IMG/VR virus record: IMGVR_UViG_3300044759_000077
Span: 1-33,876 of that record
Source of the DNA: a virus
Taxonomy: Duplodnaviria > Caudoviricetes
Reading direction: 5' to 3' (one strand)
DNA: 33,876 nucleotides
This document shows positions 1-8,376 of this stretch, piece after piece. A program made the position numbers and the translations under genes. The notes under the pieces are model-generated. The model had not been told where the DNA came from. It worked only from the letters and a program-made list of their open reading frames with translations, and searched no databases. The stretch's first letter is position 1; every line of letters begins with the position of its first letter.

Positions 1-3
1 ACG

Positions 4-561
4 ATGGTCACTACCGGTGACGGCGTCCACATCAACGACGGTCCGGGCTGGCCCGGGCAACTCAAGATCGAGGTGGAGCGGATCGACGTCTCCTCGTCCG
101 GTCCGAAGGTGGACGAGCGCTGGTCGTTCGTGGACGCGGCCGGCCACTTCCACGCCTACTACGAGGCCAGGACGCCGTGGCCGACGCTGCGCAAGCGGAT
201 CGAGGCGATCCCCTGCGACTGCGAGGACCACGACGAGGACTGCAACGGAGCCAGCATCACCCACTGGCACTGCCTGATCTGTGACGAGGAGATCGAACCG
301 GGCATGATCCCCGGACCGCACCACGTGTCGATGCCGGGCCTGACCTCGTGGGAGGTCCGCGTCCAGGTGCCCGCGGAAGCCGTCAACGCGCTCCTCGATC
401 AGCAGGTGTCGCTCCGGATGGAGCAGGGCACCCACGAGGCATGGGGTGTCGCTCAGGTGTCCTACGAGTTCAGCTACACGTCCGGTGACCCGTCGGTCAG
501 CTTGACCATGATCGGCGTGAGCCCGCTTGGCCGCCGCAAGGCTGTGGCCGCCCGTGTCTGA
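4..561 (+). CDS. hypothetical phage protein, Cys/His-rich centre
   Basis: 185-aa ORF with CDCEDHDEDC and CLIC motifs. Its stop overlaps the next gene. The true start may lie left of the window. Confidence 0.7.
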   Translation: MVTTGDGVHINDGPGWPGQLKIEVERIDVSSSGPKVDERWSFVDAAGHFHAYYEARTPWPTLRKRIEAIPCDCEDHDEDCNGASITHWHCLICDEEIEPGMIPGPHHVSMPGLTSWEVRVQVPAEAVNALLDQQVSLRMEQGTHEAWGVAQVSYEFSYTSGDPSVSLTMIGVSPLGRRKAVAARV

Positions 562-1063
562 TCTTGCGCTGTGGCTGACGGCTCAACTGGACCACGACGA
601 ACAGGTAGCCCGAGCGGCGGCCCGCGAGACGACCAGTGAGCGCTGGAGCGCATCCGGCGGGCTGGTGTACCCCGAGGACAATCCGTCGCAGCATCCGGGG
701 CCGTTCCTCGCCGACGTCTACGGCCTGCCTGACGAGGTTGCCGCCCACATCGCCCTCCACGACCCTGCCTCGGTGCTCCGTACGGTGGCAGCCCACCGCG
801 CGATCCTCGCCGAGCACCTGCCCACCCGGACGAGCGTCGAGTGGCCGCATGACACCACGGGCAAGGGCGAGGCGCTTACCTGCCCGCGGTGCCAGAACGC
901 CGAGCACACCGACTGGAGACCGGCGATCGGCATGGCTGGTGTGCTGCCGGAGGGCTTCGTGGCGCCGTACGTGCTGGCGCCGTGTCGGACGCTCCTCCTC
1001 CTCGCTGCGATCTATCAGGATCGGGACGGCTACGACCCCCGCTGGACTACGGAGGACCGGTGA
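554..1063 (+). CDS. DUF6221-like actinobacterial phage protein
   Basis: GTG at 554. Family-like motifs LxxWLxAQLDxDEQVARAA, HIALHDPASVLRTVAAHRAILAEH and PCRTLLLLAAIYQDRDGY, with an internal CPRC. Confidence 0.75.
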   Translation: MSDLALWLTAQLDHDEQVARAAARETTSERWSASGGLVYPEDNPSQHPGPFLADVYGLPDEVAAHIALHDPASVLRTVAAHRAILAEHLPTRTSVEWPHDTTGKGEALTCPRCQNAEHTDWRPAIGMAGVLPEGFVAPYVLAPCRTLLLLAAIYQDRDGYDPRWTTEDR

Positions 1064-1380
1064 GCGAGATCGTCCCGAGCGAGGCCATGACGCCTGAGGC
1101 CGGCCGCTGGGTCACTCTGGTGCCCGTCGAGGTCTTCGGCGGCGACTGCGCGTGCCACGAGGAGCGTGAGGGCACCCAGGGCCAGACGGACTGCCACGGC
1201 TTCGTCTACGGCCTGTCGGACGCTGTCCAGGCGTGGAGCGACTGCAACCGGGCCCGTGGCCACGTCTTCCGGGTGGATGACGTCGACCCGCAGTACCGGC
1301 TGCCCGGCGAGACGGTCAGGGTGTGGGTGGCCGACAAGGACCTTCCGTTGCTGCTGGAGAAGGTGTGGGGTGAAGGGTGA
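1060..1380 (+). CDS. hypothetical protein
   Basis: GGAGG SD and a GTGA overlap with the upstream stop. This is the 3' part of ORF 889..1380. Confidence 0.7.
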   Translation: MSEIVPSEAMTPEAGRWVTLVPVEVFGGDCACHEEREGTQGQTDCHGFVYGLSDAVQAWSDCNRARGHVFRVDDVDPQYRLPGETVRVWVADKDLPLLLEKVWGEG

Positions 1381-1571
1381 GCGACCAGCCAGAGATCACC
1401 CCGGAGTTCGCCGCGATGCTGGACGAGTTCATGGACAAGAACGAAGAGGCGCTGCGACGGTTGGCCAGCGTGCCGGCGCCGATCCTGGGCGAGCCGTGCA
1501 ACTGCGACGGCGAGTGGTGTGGTGGCGAGCACGTCACCGGCTGCCCGCTCGGACCCCGGGAGGACCGATGA
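1377..1571 (+). CDS. small Cys-rich hypothetical protein
   Basis: GTGA coupling; CNC...C...H...C motif. Confidence 0.65.
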   Translation: MSDQPEITPEFAAMLDEFMDKNEEALRRLASVPAPILGEPCNCDGEWCGGEHVTGCPLGPREDR

Positions 1572-1942
1572 GCGGCCAGCCGAAGGGACGCAAGATCTCC
1601 TTCATCCGAACTGGCGGCGACCGGGAGACGTTCCGGGTCACCCTGCACGAGCGCACCGGCGAGTCGTGGTTTGAGGCGGACGTCGACGAGGTGATCTCGT
1701 GGGAGATGGACGGCACGCCGGCCGAGTTCGAGCCCTACCTCAGTTGCGTGATCAAGTGGGATAGCTGTAGCCACTTCCACTTCGGCGGGCTGGCGGATCA
1801 CGGGCAACGCGACGGATACCTGCACCTGTGCGGCGTGCAGGACTTCCGTAAGCACGTGACGCTGCTGCGGGAGCTGTATGCGCTGGCGTTCGAGGTGATG
1901 GGTCGCGAGCCGGAGCCGGACGAGACATGGGGTGACGGGTGA
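1568..1942 (+). CDS. hypothetical protein
   Basis: GGAGGA SD and ATGA overlap. This is the 3' part of ORF 1166..1942 (IKWDSCSHFHFG, YLHLCG). Confidence 0.7.
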   Translation: MSGQPKGRKISFIRTGGDRETFRVTLHERTGESWFEADVDEVISWEMDGTPAEFEPYLSCVIKWDSCSHFHFGGLADHGQRDGYLHLCGVQDFRKHVTLLRELYALAFEVMGREPEPDETWGDG

Positions 1943-2337
1943 TAGGCGGCCGACTCCCTGACCCTGGTCTCGCTGCCCTCTGTGCTACCTGCCGCGAGCC
2001 CCGTGAAGCCCACGGCGGGCCGAAGCACTACGGGGCCTGCCCCGGACAGTCCGGGCTTCGGGCGGACAGGTTCAGGATCTCACCGGAGGATAGGCCCGAA
2101 CGCGAGCCAGAGATCACGGTACGCCAGCTCGTGGGGTGGCAACCGATCACTCAGGAGCTGCTCGACGACGCCCTACCACCGTGGGACGAGATGCAACGTC
2201 AGATGGAGGCCAACGCCCGCGCCTTCGCTGCCCTACCTCCGGAGGAACAGGCCCGGATCAGGGCTGAGCGTGAGGCGGCCTACGAGGCTGAACGGTGCAC
2301 GGTGTGTGGCTGTCACCCTGACGAGCACGGAGGCTGA
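1939..2337 (+). CDS. hypothetical protein with two CxxC-H motifs
   Basis: GTGA coupling; CATC...H...C and CTVCGCHPDEH. Confidence 0.65.
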   Translation: MIGGRLPDPGLAALCATCREPREAHGGPKHYGACPGQSGLRADRFRISPEDRPEREPEITVRQLVGWQPITQELLDDALPPWDEMQRQMEANARAFAALPPEEQARIRAEREAAYEAERCTVCGCHPDEHGG

Positions 2338-2339
2338 CG

Positions 2340-2579
2340 ATGACCATCCGTCGAATCGACCTGTCCGGAATCGTGGCTGCGAACGAGGCGTTCCTGGCGA
2401 GCCAGGAAGGCCGCGAGCACATCGAGAAGGCGCTGGCTGCGATCCCGAGTATGGAGGTCACGGTGAACTTCGGTGGCGACGGCAAGACCCGTCACGTGGT
2501 GTGCGGCGGCGAGGTGTGGTCGTACGCGGAGGGGTTCATCTGCGCCACCTGCTCGGCCGGTGACGGCGCGTCGCGTTAA
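2340..2579 (+). CDS. small zinc-ribbon-like hypothetical protein
   Basis: GGAGG SD; HVVCGG...FICATC. Confidence 0.65.
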   Translation: MTIRRIDLSGIVAANEAFLASQEGREHIEKALAAIPSMEVTVNFGGDGKTRHVVCGGEVWSYAEGFICATCSAGDGASR

Positions 2580-2585
2580 GCCTGC

Positions 2586-2614
2586 TTGCTGCGGTGATCA
2601 CAAGGATCTACCCT
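2586..2614 (+). promoter_or_regulatory. putative sigma70/HrdB-type promoter, candidate late-operon promoter
   Basis: TTGCTG-17 bp-TACCCT in the first real intergenic gap. The spacer contains the palindrome GTGATCAC (2594-2601). Confidence 0.5.
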
Positions 2615-2656
2615 GACCGCATACCACCGGTCTGTCCACAGACGACCTTGCAGCGC

Positions 2657-2750
2657 CCGGACGTGGTGCAAATGGCATGACTCGCGCCTCTGTACAACAA
2701 GCGCGCCGTGAGATCCCTGCGGCTTGCGGGTTCGAATCCCGTCGTCCGGC
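2657..2750 (+). ncRNA. tRNA-like RNA on a class II (Leu-type) scaffold, with an aberrant 9-nt anticodon loop and no encoded CCA
   Basis: Acceptor CCGGACG/CGTCCGG; D region TGGTGCAAATGGCATGAC; anticodon arm CGCCT-CTGTACAAC-AAGCG; long variable arm GCCGTG...TGCGGC; canonical T arm GCGGG-TTCGAAT-CCCGT. Confidence 0.65.
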
Positions 2751-2758
2751 GCTGCGAG

Positions 2759-2989
2759 GTGATCGTGGACCTCGACGCCCTGGTCTCCGCCCGCGAGGCG
2801 GAGGACTACCCACCTCTTCGGGCACATGGTGTGACCCGGCGTCTGATCTACGAGTGGCGCGGCGATGGCCGCCTGACTCCTCGTGGCCAGCGTGGACGCT
2901 CACCGCTGTACCGCTTCGGGGACATCCTCGAAGTGGAGCGGGACACCCGGCTGTCGGGGCTGTCGTACCGGGGATCGAGGGTGGCATGA
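2759..2989 (+). CDS. MerR/excisionase-like HTH DNA-binding protein, possible transcriptional regulator
   Basis: VTRRLIYEWRGDGRL...PLYRFGDIL winged-HTH pattern. The start is 2759 or 2765; the 2708 start lies inside the tRNA-like element. Confidence 0.65.
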   Translation: MIVDLDALVSAREAEDYPPLRAHGVTRRLIYEWRGDGRLTPRGQRGRSPLYRFGDILEVERDTRLSGLSYRGSRVA

Positions 2990-3243
2990 AGCGCTACATG
3001 GTGCTGGGTCTGGCCCGGGACATCGAGGCGTGGCGTCGCGAGCGCGGGCTGAGGCACCGCGAGGTGGTCGCCGTCTCGACGCTGCAGGGCGACCGCGCGA
3101 GCCGCGGGCTCAGTGGCCCGTTCGAGGTGGTGCGGCTGCCGTCGTGGGACCGCGCGAGCGAGCGGGTGCAACTGGAGGTCGAGCGGAACATCGCCCTCGC
3201 TGCACTCAGCCGAAGGGTCGATGCCGGTCAACCGATCGGCTGA
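2986..3243 (+). CDS. hypothetical protein
   Basis: ATGA overlap with the HTH gene; 85 aa. Confidence 0.65.
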   Translation: MKRYMVLGLARDIEAWRRERGLRHREVVAVSTLQGDRASRGLSGPFEVVRLPSWDRASERVQLEVERNIALAALSRRVDAGQPIG

Positions 3244-3276
3244 GACTGGATCCCCTCCATCCGGAGGAGGTAACCG

Positions 3277-4023
3277 GTGCTGACCGTGGTGACCGGCCCA
3301 CCCTGCTCGGGCAAGAGCACCTACGCCAAGGAGCGCCACCAGCCGGGCGAGATCCTGATCGACTTCGACACCCTCGCCCGGGCCCTCGGCTCGCCGACAC
3401 CCCACGACCACCCCGACCCGGTGCGCTGGGTCACCATCGCCGCGAGACGGGCAGCGATCAACTCGGCGATCATCCAGCACCAGCGCGGCGCCACGGTGTG
3501 GATCGTGCACACCCGCATCTCACCGCAGGAGCTCAAGCGCTACCACGAGGCCGGCGCGGAGATCGTCACCCTCGACGTCGATCGGGCCGAGCTGCACGCC
3601 CGCGCCGACCGTGAGCGGCCGGGCCGCTGGCACCAACTGATCGACGAGTGGCGACCCGAGGCACCCGACCCGGTCAAGCGGCCACCGTGGACCCCCGACC
3701 CCGAGACCAGGCGTGGCCGCTGGGGCAGACCATGGCGCCGGGTCAGGGCGCAGGTGCTCGCCGCCTCCACCGTCTGCTGGGTCTGCGGACACGACGGCTC
3801 GGACAGCGTGGACCACATCACCCCCCTGGCCCTTGGTGGTGCGGCGCTGGACCCGGCCAACCTGGCACCCGCACACCACAAGCCGTGCACCACGTGCGGC
3901 CGACGGTGTAACACGGCACGTGGTACTCGCCCTGGCCGAGGCGTGGAGGCTGAGGCCCAGTCACCCCCTGTGCCCGTGGTGCGTGGCCGTGCGCCTGTGC
4001 CCATAGCCAGTGACGCATGGTGA
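3277..4023 (+). CDS. P-loop kinase/AAA_33-like NTPase fused to an HNH endonuclease
   Basis: GGAGGAGG SD. Walker A GPPCSGKST and IDFD at the N-terminus; CWVCG...VDHITPLALGG...NLAPAH...C..C...CN at the C-terminus. Confidence 0.8.
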   Translation: MLTVVTGPPCSGKSTYAKERHQPGEILIDFDTLARALGSPTPHDHPDPVRWVTIAARRAAINSAIIQHQRGATVWIVHTRISPQELKRYHEAGAEIVTLDVDRAELHARADRERPGRWHQLIDEWRPEAPDPVKRPPWTPDPETRRGRWGRPWRRVRAQVLAASTVCWVCGHDGSDSVDHITPLALGGAALDPANLAPAHHKPCTTCGRRCNTARGTRPGRGVEAEAQSPPVPVVRGRAPVPIASDAW

Positions 4024-4083
4024 CCGCCGACCACCCAGACGACCGCTGACCTGCGACGACACGACGTGCGTGGCGTGGTCGGC

Positions 4084-4275
4084 GGGGCAGGGGAGGGGGG
4101 CTTGGGTCTCACGTGGCGGAGGCCAACCGGACGACCCCAAGACCTCTGATTCGCGCCCCTCTCCGCAGTCACACCACGGAGATCAACACGGAGGGTAGTG
4201 CCCGTTTTGCTCCCGATCATGGACTCAGACCTCTGAGAATTGAGCGATCTTGTAACCCTGCGTTACGTAACCCTG
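4084..4275. other. non-coding region, candidate cos/packaging initiation site
   Basis: Gap between two HNH genes upstream of terminase. It has a G-rich run (4084-4100) and direct repeats AGACCTCTGA (4140, 4227), CACGGAG x2 and GTAACCCTG (4252, 4267). The position is typical of HK97-like cos phages. Confidence 0.4.
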
Positions 4276-4283
4276 TGTAGTCG

Positions 4284-4354
4284 CCTGCGGAGTAGCTACC
4301 GCAGGAAGGGAGCCCCGGCGAACCAAGGCGCCGGGGCTTCCGCATTCCTTGGAG
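4284..4354 (+). promoter_or_regulatory. structured leader: two hairpins plus a potential loop-RBS pseudoknot
   Basis: CCTGCGG-AGTAGCTA-CCGCAGG hairpin, then a 13-bp stem (4308-4320/4329-4341). Its loop CCAAGG is complementary to CCTTGG (4347-4352), which overlaps the GGAG SD. Confidence 0.55.
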
Positions 4355-4361
4355 ATCATCT

Positions 4362-4994
4362 ATGGCTAGGAACCCCGACGCCCCCTGCGCTGGAGGCTGC
4401 GGCACCCTGCTGTGGGGTGGCCGTGGATCACTGCCCGCTGGGCAGCGGATGTGCCGCGCTTGCCGCAAGGCGACCGGCAAACGCGGAGTCTGCGTCGTTT
4501 GCGCTGGTCCCACCGACCGCGACCGATGGGGCGACTACCTCCGCACCTGCTCGTCGCGGTGCCTCGCGCTCAACCGTGCGGCCACCAAGGTCGCGATGCG
4601 GACGGGGTTCGACGCCCGGCTGCGGGCCGCAGTGCCATGCCGAGGATGCGGCGGCGCGGCCACCGGCCTTCGGCAGTACTGCGACACATGCCGCGCCGAC
4701 CGGACCCGGGCCGCCTGGCAGCGCAAGAACGCCGTCCGGCGCGGCGCCTCTCCGTTCGGCCCGGACATCTCCCTCGCCGACCTCGGCCAGCGCGACTGCT
4801 GGCGCTGCCACCTCTGCCGGCGCAAGGTCGATCCCACGTTGCCCTACCAGCACCGCATGGCGGGCACCCGCGACCACCTGGTGCCCGTCAGCGAGGGCGG
4901 CGACGACACGCCGGCCAACTTGCGGCTCGCGCACCGCGCCTGCAACTCGGCCCGCGGAACACGCGGGGCCGTACAGCTCATGTTGGTGGGGTGA
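4362..4994 (+). CDS. HNH endonuclease with multiple N-terminal zinc-finger motifs
   Basis: Several CxxC pairs, then CHLC...TRDHLVPVSEGGDDTPANLRLAHRACNSARG. Confidence 0.85.
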   Translation: MARNPDAPCAGGCGTLLWGGRGSLPAGQRMCRACRKATGKRGVCVVCAGPTDRDRWGDYLRTCSSRCLALNRAATKVAMRTGFDARLRAAVPCRGCGGAATGLRQYCDTCRADRTRAAWQRKNAVRRGASPFGPDISLADLGQRDCWRCHLCRRKVDPTLPYQHRMAGTRDHLVPVSEGGDDTPANLRLAHRACNSARGTRGAVQLMLVG

Positions 4995-5000
4995 GCGCGC

Positions 5001-5261
5001 GTGGACGACGCCATCGACCGGGAGATCGCACTCGCCTCCGGAGACGAGGTCCAAGCCCTGTCGGCCGCCCGCGAGCTGCTCGCCGAGCAGATGCTCAACG
5101 TCGAGGGCAAGGACATCGCCCCGATCTCCCGCGAGCTGCGGGCCGTGCTCGTCGACCTCCGCCGACTCGGCGCCGGAAGGCAGGAGTCGGCCCTTGACGA
5201 GATCGCTGCTCGACGCGCCAAGCGGCGTGCTGCTCGGCCAGCGGAGCCCACGGGTACGTAG
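5001..5261 (+). CDS. terS: terminase small subunit
   Basis: Lies directly before TerL; actinophage-type KDIAPISRELRAVL...SALDEIAARRAKR. Confidence 0.75.
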   Translation: MDDAIDREIALASGDEVQALSAARELLAEQMLNVEGKDIAPISRELRAVLVDLRRLGAGRQESALDEIAARRAKRRAARPAEPTGT

Positions 5262-6702
5262 CGTCCCGGCGTACGTCTCGTCGGCCGGTCCCGAGGCGTG
5301 CGACCTGCTGCGCTCGGCCGGCCAGGAGCCGGACCTCTGGCAGGAGGACGCGGTCACCGACATCCTCGGCGAGCGCGCCGACGGCCGGTGGGCCGCCCGA
5401 CGCACCTACGTGACCGTGCCGCGGCAGAACGGCAAGGGCGGCATCATCGAGCCGATCGAGCTGTACTCGCTGTTCGTGCTGCACGAGGTCACACTGCACT
5501 CGGCGCACCTGTTCGACACCGCCCGCGACGCGTTCATGCGCATCCTGGCCCTGATAGAGGGCACTCCGGACCTTGCCAAGCGGCTGAAGCGGGTCAACCA
5601 CGCCCACGGCAAAGAGGGCATCGAGTTGTTGCCGCCGCGTGGCCACTACAAGGGCGGGGCGCTGTACTTCCACGCACGGACCAAGGGTGGCGGCCGCGGC
5701 AAGAGCCCGCAGCGGATCGTGCTCGACGAGGCGTTCGCGCTGACCCGGGAACACATGGCGGCCCTGCTGCCGTCCATCTCGGCGCAGGAAGACCCGCAGG
5801 TGAACGCCTTCAGCACCCCGCCGCCCATGGGCGAGCCGGCCGAGGTGCTGATGTCGGTGCGCCGGTCGGTGCTACAGGCCATCAAGGACGACTCGCGCCC
5901 GCAGGTGGCCTGGCTGGAGTGGGGTGCCGAGCGCGGCGCCGACCTGTACAGCCCCACCACGTGGGCGGCGGCCAACCCGGCCTACGGCATCCGGCTGACC
6001 GAAGAGACGTGCATCGACGAACTCGCCGGCCTCGGGCTGGAGGAGTTCGGCGTAGAGCGCTGCGGGATCTGGCCGATGATGGGTGACGCCCAGTGGCTGG
6101 TCATTCCACAGGCCGACTGGGACGAGGCGGCCGACCCGACCCAAGACCGCGAGGGCCGGCCGGCGTTCTGCTTGGAAATGAGTCCCGATCGGTCCTGGGC
6201 CGCGATCTGCGCAGCGTGGCACCGGCCTGATGGCCTGCGGCAGACCGAGGTAATCGACCACCGACCCGGGGTCGGCTGGATCCCCGGCCGGGTCGCTGAC
6301 CTCCAGAAGCACGAGCCGGTCGCCTGGGTCGTCGCGCGCGACTCCCCGGCGTCGTCCGAGGTGCCTGCGCTCGAAGCGGCCGGCCTTCAGGTGGTCCGGA
6401 TGGGTCATCCGGACGCCGTCGCGGGGGCTGGCCTCGTCTACGACGGCATCGCGGGTGACCTCACCGAGAGTGACCCGACTGGAGAGCCGGTCCCAACGCC
6501 GCGCACGCTACGTCACGCCGGCCAGGACCAGCTCGACGCCGCTGCCGCCGCCGCGGTGAAGCGCCCGCCCGATCAGAAGGCGTGGGCGTGGGACCGGGCC
6601 CGGCCCTGGTCATACCTGCTCATCGGCGTGACCGGGGCGGTGTGGGGGCTGGCCACCCAGCATCCCGAGCCCGAACAGCAGTTCTTCGCCTCCTGGAGGT
6701 AA
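5194..6702 (+). CDS. terL: terminase large subunit
   Basis: TTG at 5194 after AGGAG. WQ motif, Walker A VPRQNGKG, Walker B IVLDEA, FSTP coupling motif and WAAANPAYG. Confidence 0.92.
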   Translation: MTRSLLDAPSGVLLGQRSPRVRSVPAYVSSAGPEACDLLRSAGQEPDLWQEDAVTDILGERADGRWAARRTYVTVPRQNGKGGIIEPIELYSLFVLHEVTLHSAHLFDTARDAFMRILALIEGTPDLAKRLKRVNHAHGKEGIELLPPRGHYKGGALYFHARTKGGGRGKSPQRIVLDEAFALTREHMAALLPSISAQEDPQVNAFSTPPPMGEPAEVLMSVRRSVLQAIKDDSRPQVAWLEWGAERGADLYSPTTWAAANPAYGIRLTEETCIDELAGLGLEEFGVERCGIWPMMGDAQWLVIPQADWDEAADPTQDREGRPAFCLEMSPDRSWAAICAAWHRPDGLRQTEVIDHRPGVGWIPGRVADLQKHEPVAWVVARDSPASSEVPALEAAGLQVVRMGHPDAVAGAGLVYDGIAGDLTESDPTGEPVPTPRTLRHAGQDQLDAAAAAAVKRPPDQKAWAWDRARPWSYLLIGVTGAVWGLATQHPEPEQQFFASWR

Positions 6703-6708
6703 CCCGAC

Positions 6709-6939
6709 GTGGTCACCATCGATCAACTCATGGACGGCCAACGGCTGGACCGGATCACCGCCGAAGCCCGACAGGTCCAGTTCGGCAGGGTCGTGCTCAC
6801 CGTCCTCGCCGCCGTGCTCTTCGGGGTCGGCTGGGTCGTGGCGCGGGCCTTCGGGGTGCTCTGGCTGGTCGCGGCCTGGACGGCCACCGCGGTACGGATC
6901 GGCTGGCAGGAAGGCCGCAAGCCTCGACCCAAGCGCTGA
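6709..6939 (+). CDS. small membrane protein
   Basis: GGAGG SD; long hydrophobic stretch followed by a basic tail. Confidence 0.7.
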   Translation: MVTIDQLMDGQRLDRITAEARQVQFGRVVLTVLAAVLFGVGWVVARAFGVLWLVAAWTATAVRIGWQEGRKPRPKR

Positions 6940-6981
6940 CCACCACCACCACCTCGACCTCCAGCTAAGGCGGGGTGACCG

Positions 6982-8376
6982 TTGGGCCTGCTCGAACGCA
7001 TCTCCGCCGCACGGGTTGAGCAGCGCTACTCCGCCGACACCTACTACTCCGACTACATCCAGCCGTTCATGTACGGCGGTAACCAGTACACCGTCGGCGG
7101 GCACGGCCTGGTCCAGACGTTGGCCGGTAACCGGGCCAGCGAGATCGTCAGCAGCCTCCCGGGATATGCGGCCGCGCTTCGGGCGTGCCCGCCGGCGTGG
7201 GCCGCCGAGATGGTCCGCGCGCTGGTCCTATCGCAGGCGAGGTTCACGTTCCGTAACCTTCCGTCGTCCTCGAAAGCCCGTAGTACGTTCGGCACCCGTG
7301 AGCTCGGAGTGCTGGAGCGGCCCTGGCCCCGCGCCACCACCGGCGAGCTGATCGCCCGGATGGAATGGCACGCCGGGCTGGCCGGCAACGCCTTCGTGTA
7401 CCGCCAGCCCAACCGGCTACGGGTGCTGCGCCCGGACTGGGTCGCCATCCTCTACGGCTCGCATCAGGAACCCGAGGACGCCGCCCACGCCCTCGACGGG
7501 CAGCTGATCGGCTACGTCTACCAGAACGGTGGGCTGTACAGCAGCAGCTACGGCATCCAGACCCTCCTGCCGGCGGATGTGGCGCACTGGTCGCCGATCC
7601 CTGACCCTGAGGCCGCGGGTGTCGGACAGTCGTGGATCACCCCGGCGATCAAGGACATGCAGGGCGACCGGATGGCCTCCGAGCACAAGGTGCGGTTCTT
7701 CGAGAACGGCGCGACTCCGAACCTCGTGATCAAGGGCATCCCGGCCGCGACGAAGACCCAGTTCGACGAGCTCGTGGCGATGATGGAGGAGAAGCACTCC
7801 GGCATCGCCAACGCCTACCGGACCCTGTACCTGACCGCTGGCGCCGACGCCGCCGTGGTGGGCTCGAACCTCGCCGAACTGGACATGAAGAGCGTCAACG
7901 GGGCCAGCGAGACCCGCATCGCCTTCCTGTCCCGCGTCCATCCGGTGATCCTCGGCATCGCCGAAGGGCTCGCCGGCTCGTCGCTGAACGCCGGCAACTT
8001 CGGCATGGCCCGGCGGATCTGGGCGGACACCTGGATCTACCCGACACTCCAGGACCTCTCCGCGTGCCTCGGCACGATCATCAAGGTCCCCTCCGACGCC
8101 GAGTTGTGGTTCGACGTCGGCGACATGCCGATCCTGCGCGAGGACGCCAAGGACGCCGCTGACATCGAGCACGTCAAGATGCAGGGCATCACCCAGTACG
8201 TCCGGGAAGGCTTCACCGCCGAGTCCGCCGTGGCCGCGGTCCACGCCCAGGACGTGCGGCTGCTCAAGCACACCGGCCGGCTGTCCGTGCAGCTCCAGCG
8301 GCCAGGCGAAGTAGTGCCCCCGGCCGCCCCGGTGACGAAGGAGCCCGCGCCGATGAAGGGCGGCACCGGTGGATGA
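6982..8376 (+). CDS. portal protein, HK97 family
   Basis: Follows TerL; LAGNAFVY, LRPDWV, VAHW and FFENGATPNLVI motifs. Confidence 0.92.
   Translation: MGLLERISAARVEQRYSADTYYSDYIQPFMYGGNQYTVGGHGLVQTLAGNRASEIVSSLPGYAAALRACPPAWAAEMVRALVLSQARFTFRNLPSSSKARSTFGTRELGVLERPWPRATTGELIARMEWHAGLAGNAFVYRQPNRLRVLRPDWVAILYGSHQEPEDAAHALDGQLIGYVYQNGGLYSSSYGIQTLLPADVAHWSPIPDPEAAGVGQSWITPAIKDMQGDRMASEHKVRFFENGATPNLVIKGIPAATKTQFDELVAMMEEKHSGIANAYRTLYLTAGADAAVVGSNLAELDMKSVNGASETRIAFLSRVHPVILGIAEGLAGSSLNAGNFGMARRIWADTWIYPTLQDLSACLGTIIKVPSDAELWFDVGDMPILREDAKDAADIEHVKMQGITQYVREGFTAESAVAAVHAQDVRLLKHTGRLSVQLQRPGEVVPPAAPVTKEPAPMKGGTGG

Noticed and set aside
2657-2750. Functional tRNA-Tyr(GTA) or an attachment site
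   Set aside because: A 7-nt CTGTACA loop gives no paired anticodon stem. No duplicate of the 3' end and no integrase is seen in the window.
4240-5193. 820-aa ORF suggesting a terminase with a long N-terminal extension
   Set aside because: The extension is low-complexity and overlaps the HNH and terS genes in other frames. An SD plus TTG at 5194 gives a normal-sized TerL.
6940-6953. (CCA)n microsatellite before the portal gene
   Set aside because: Short and intergenic, with no evidence of function.
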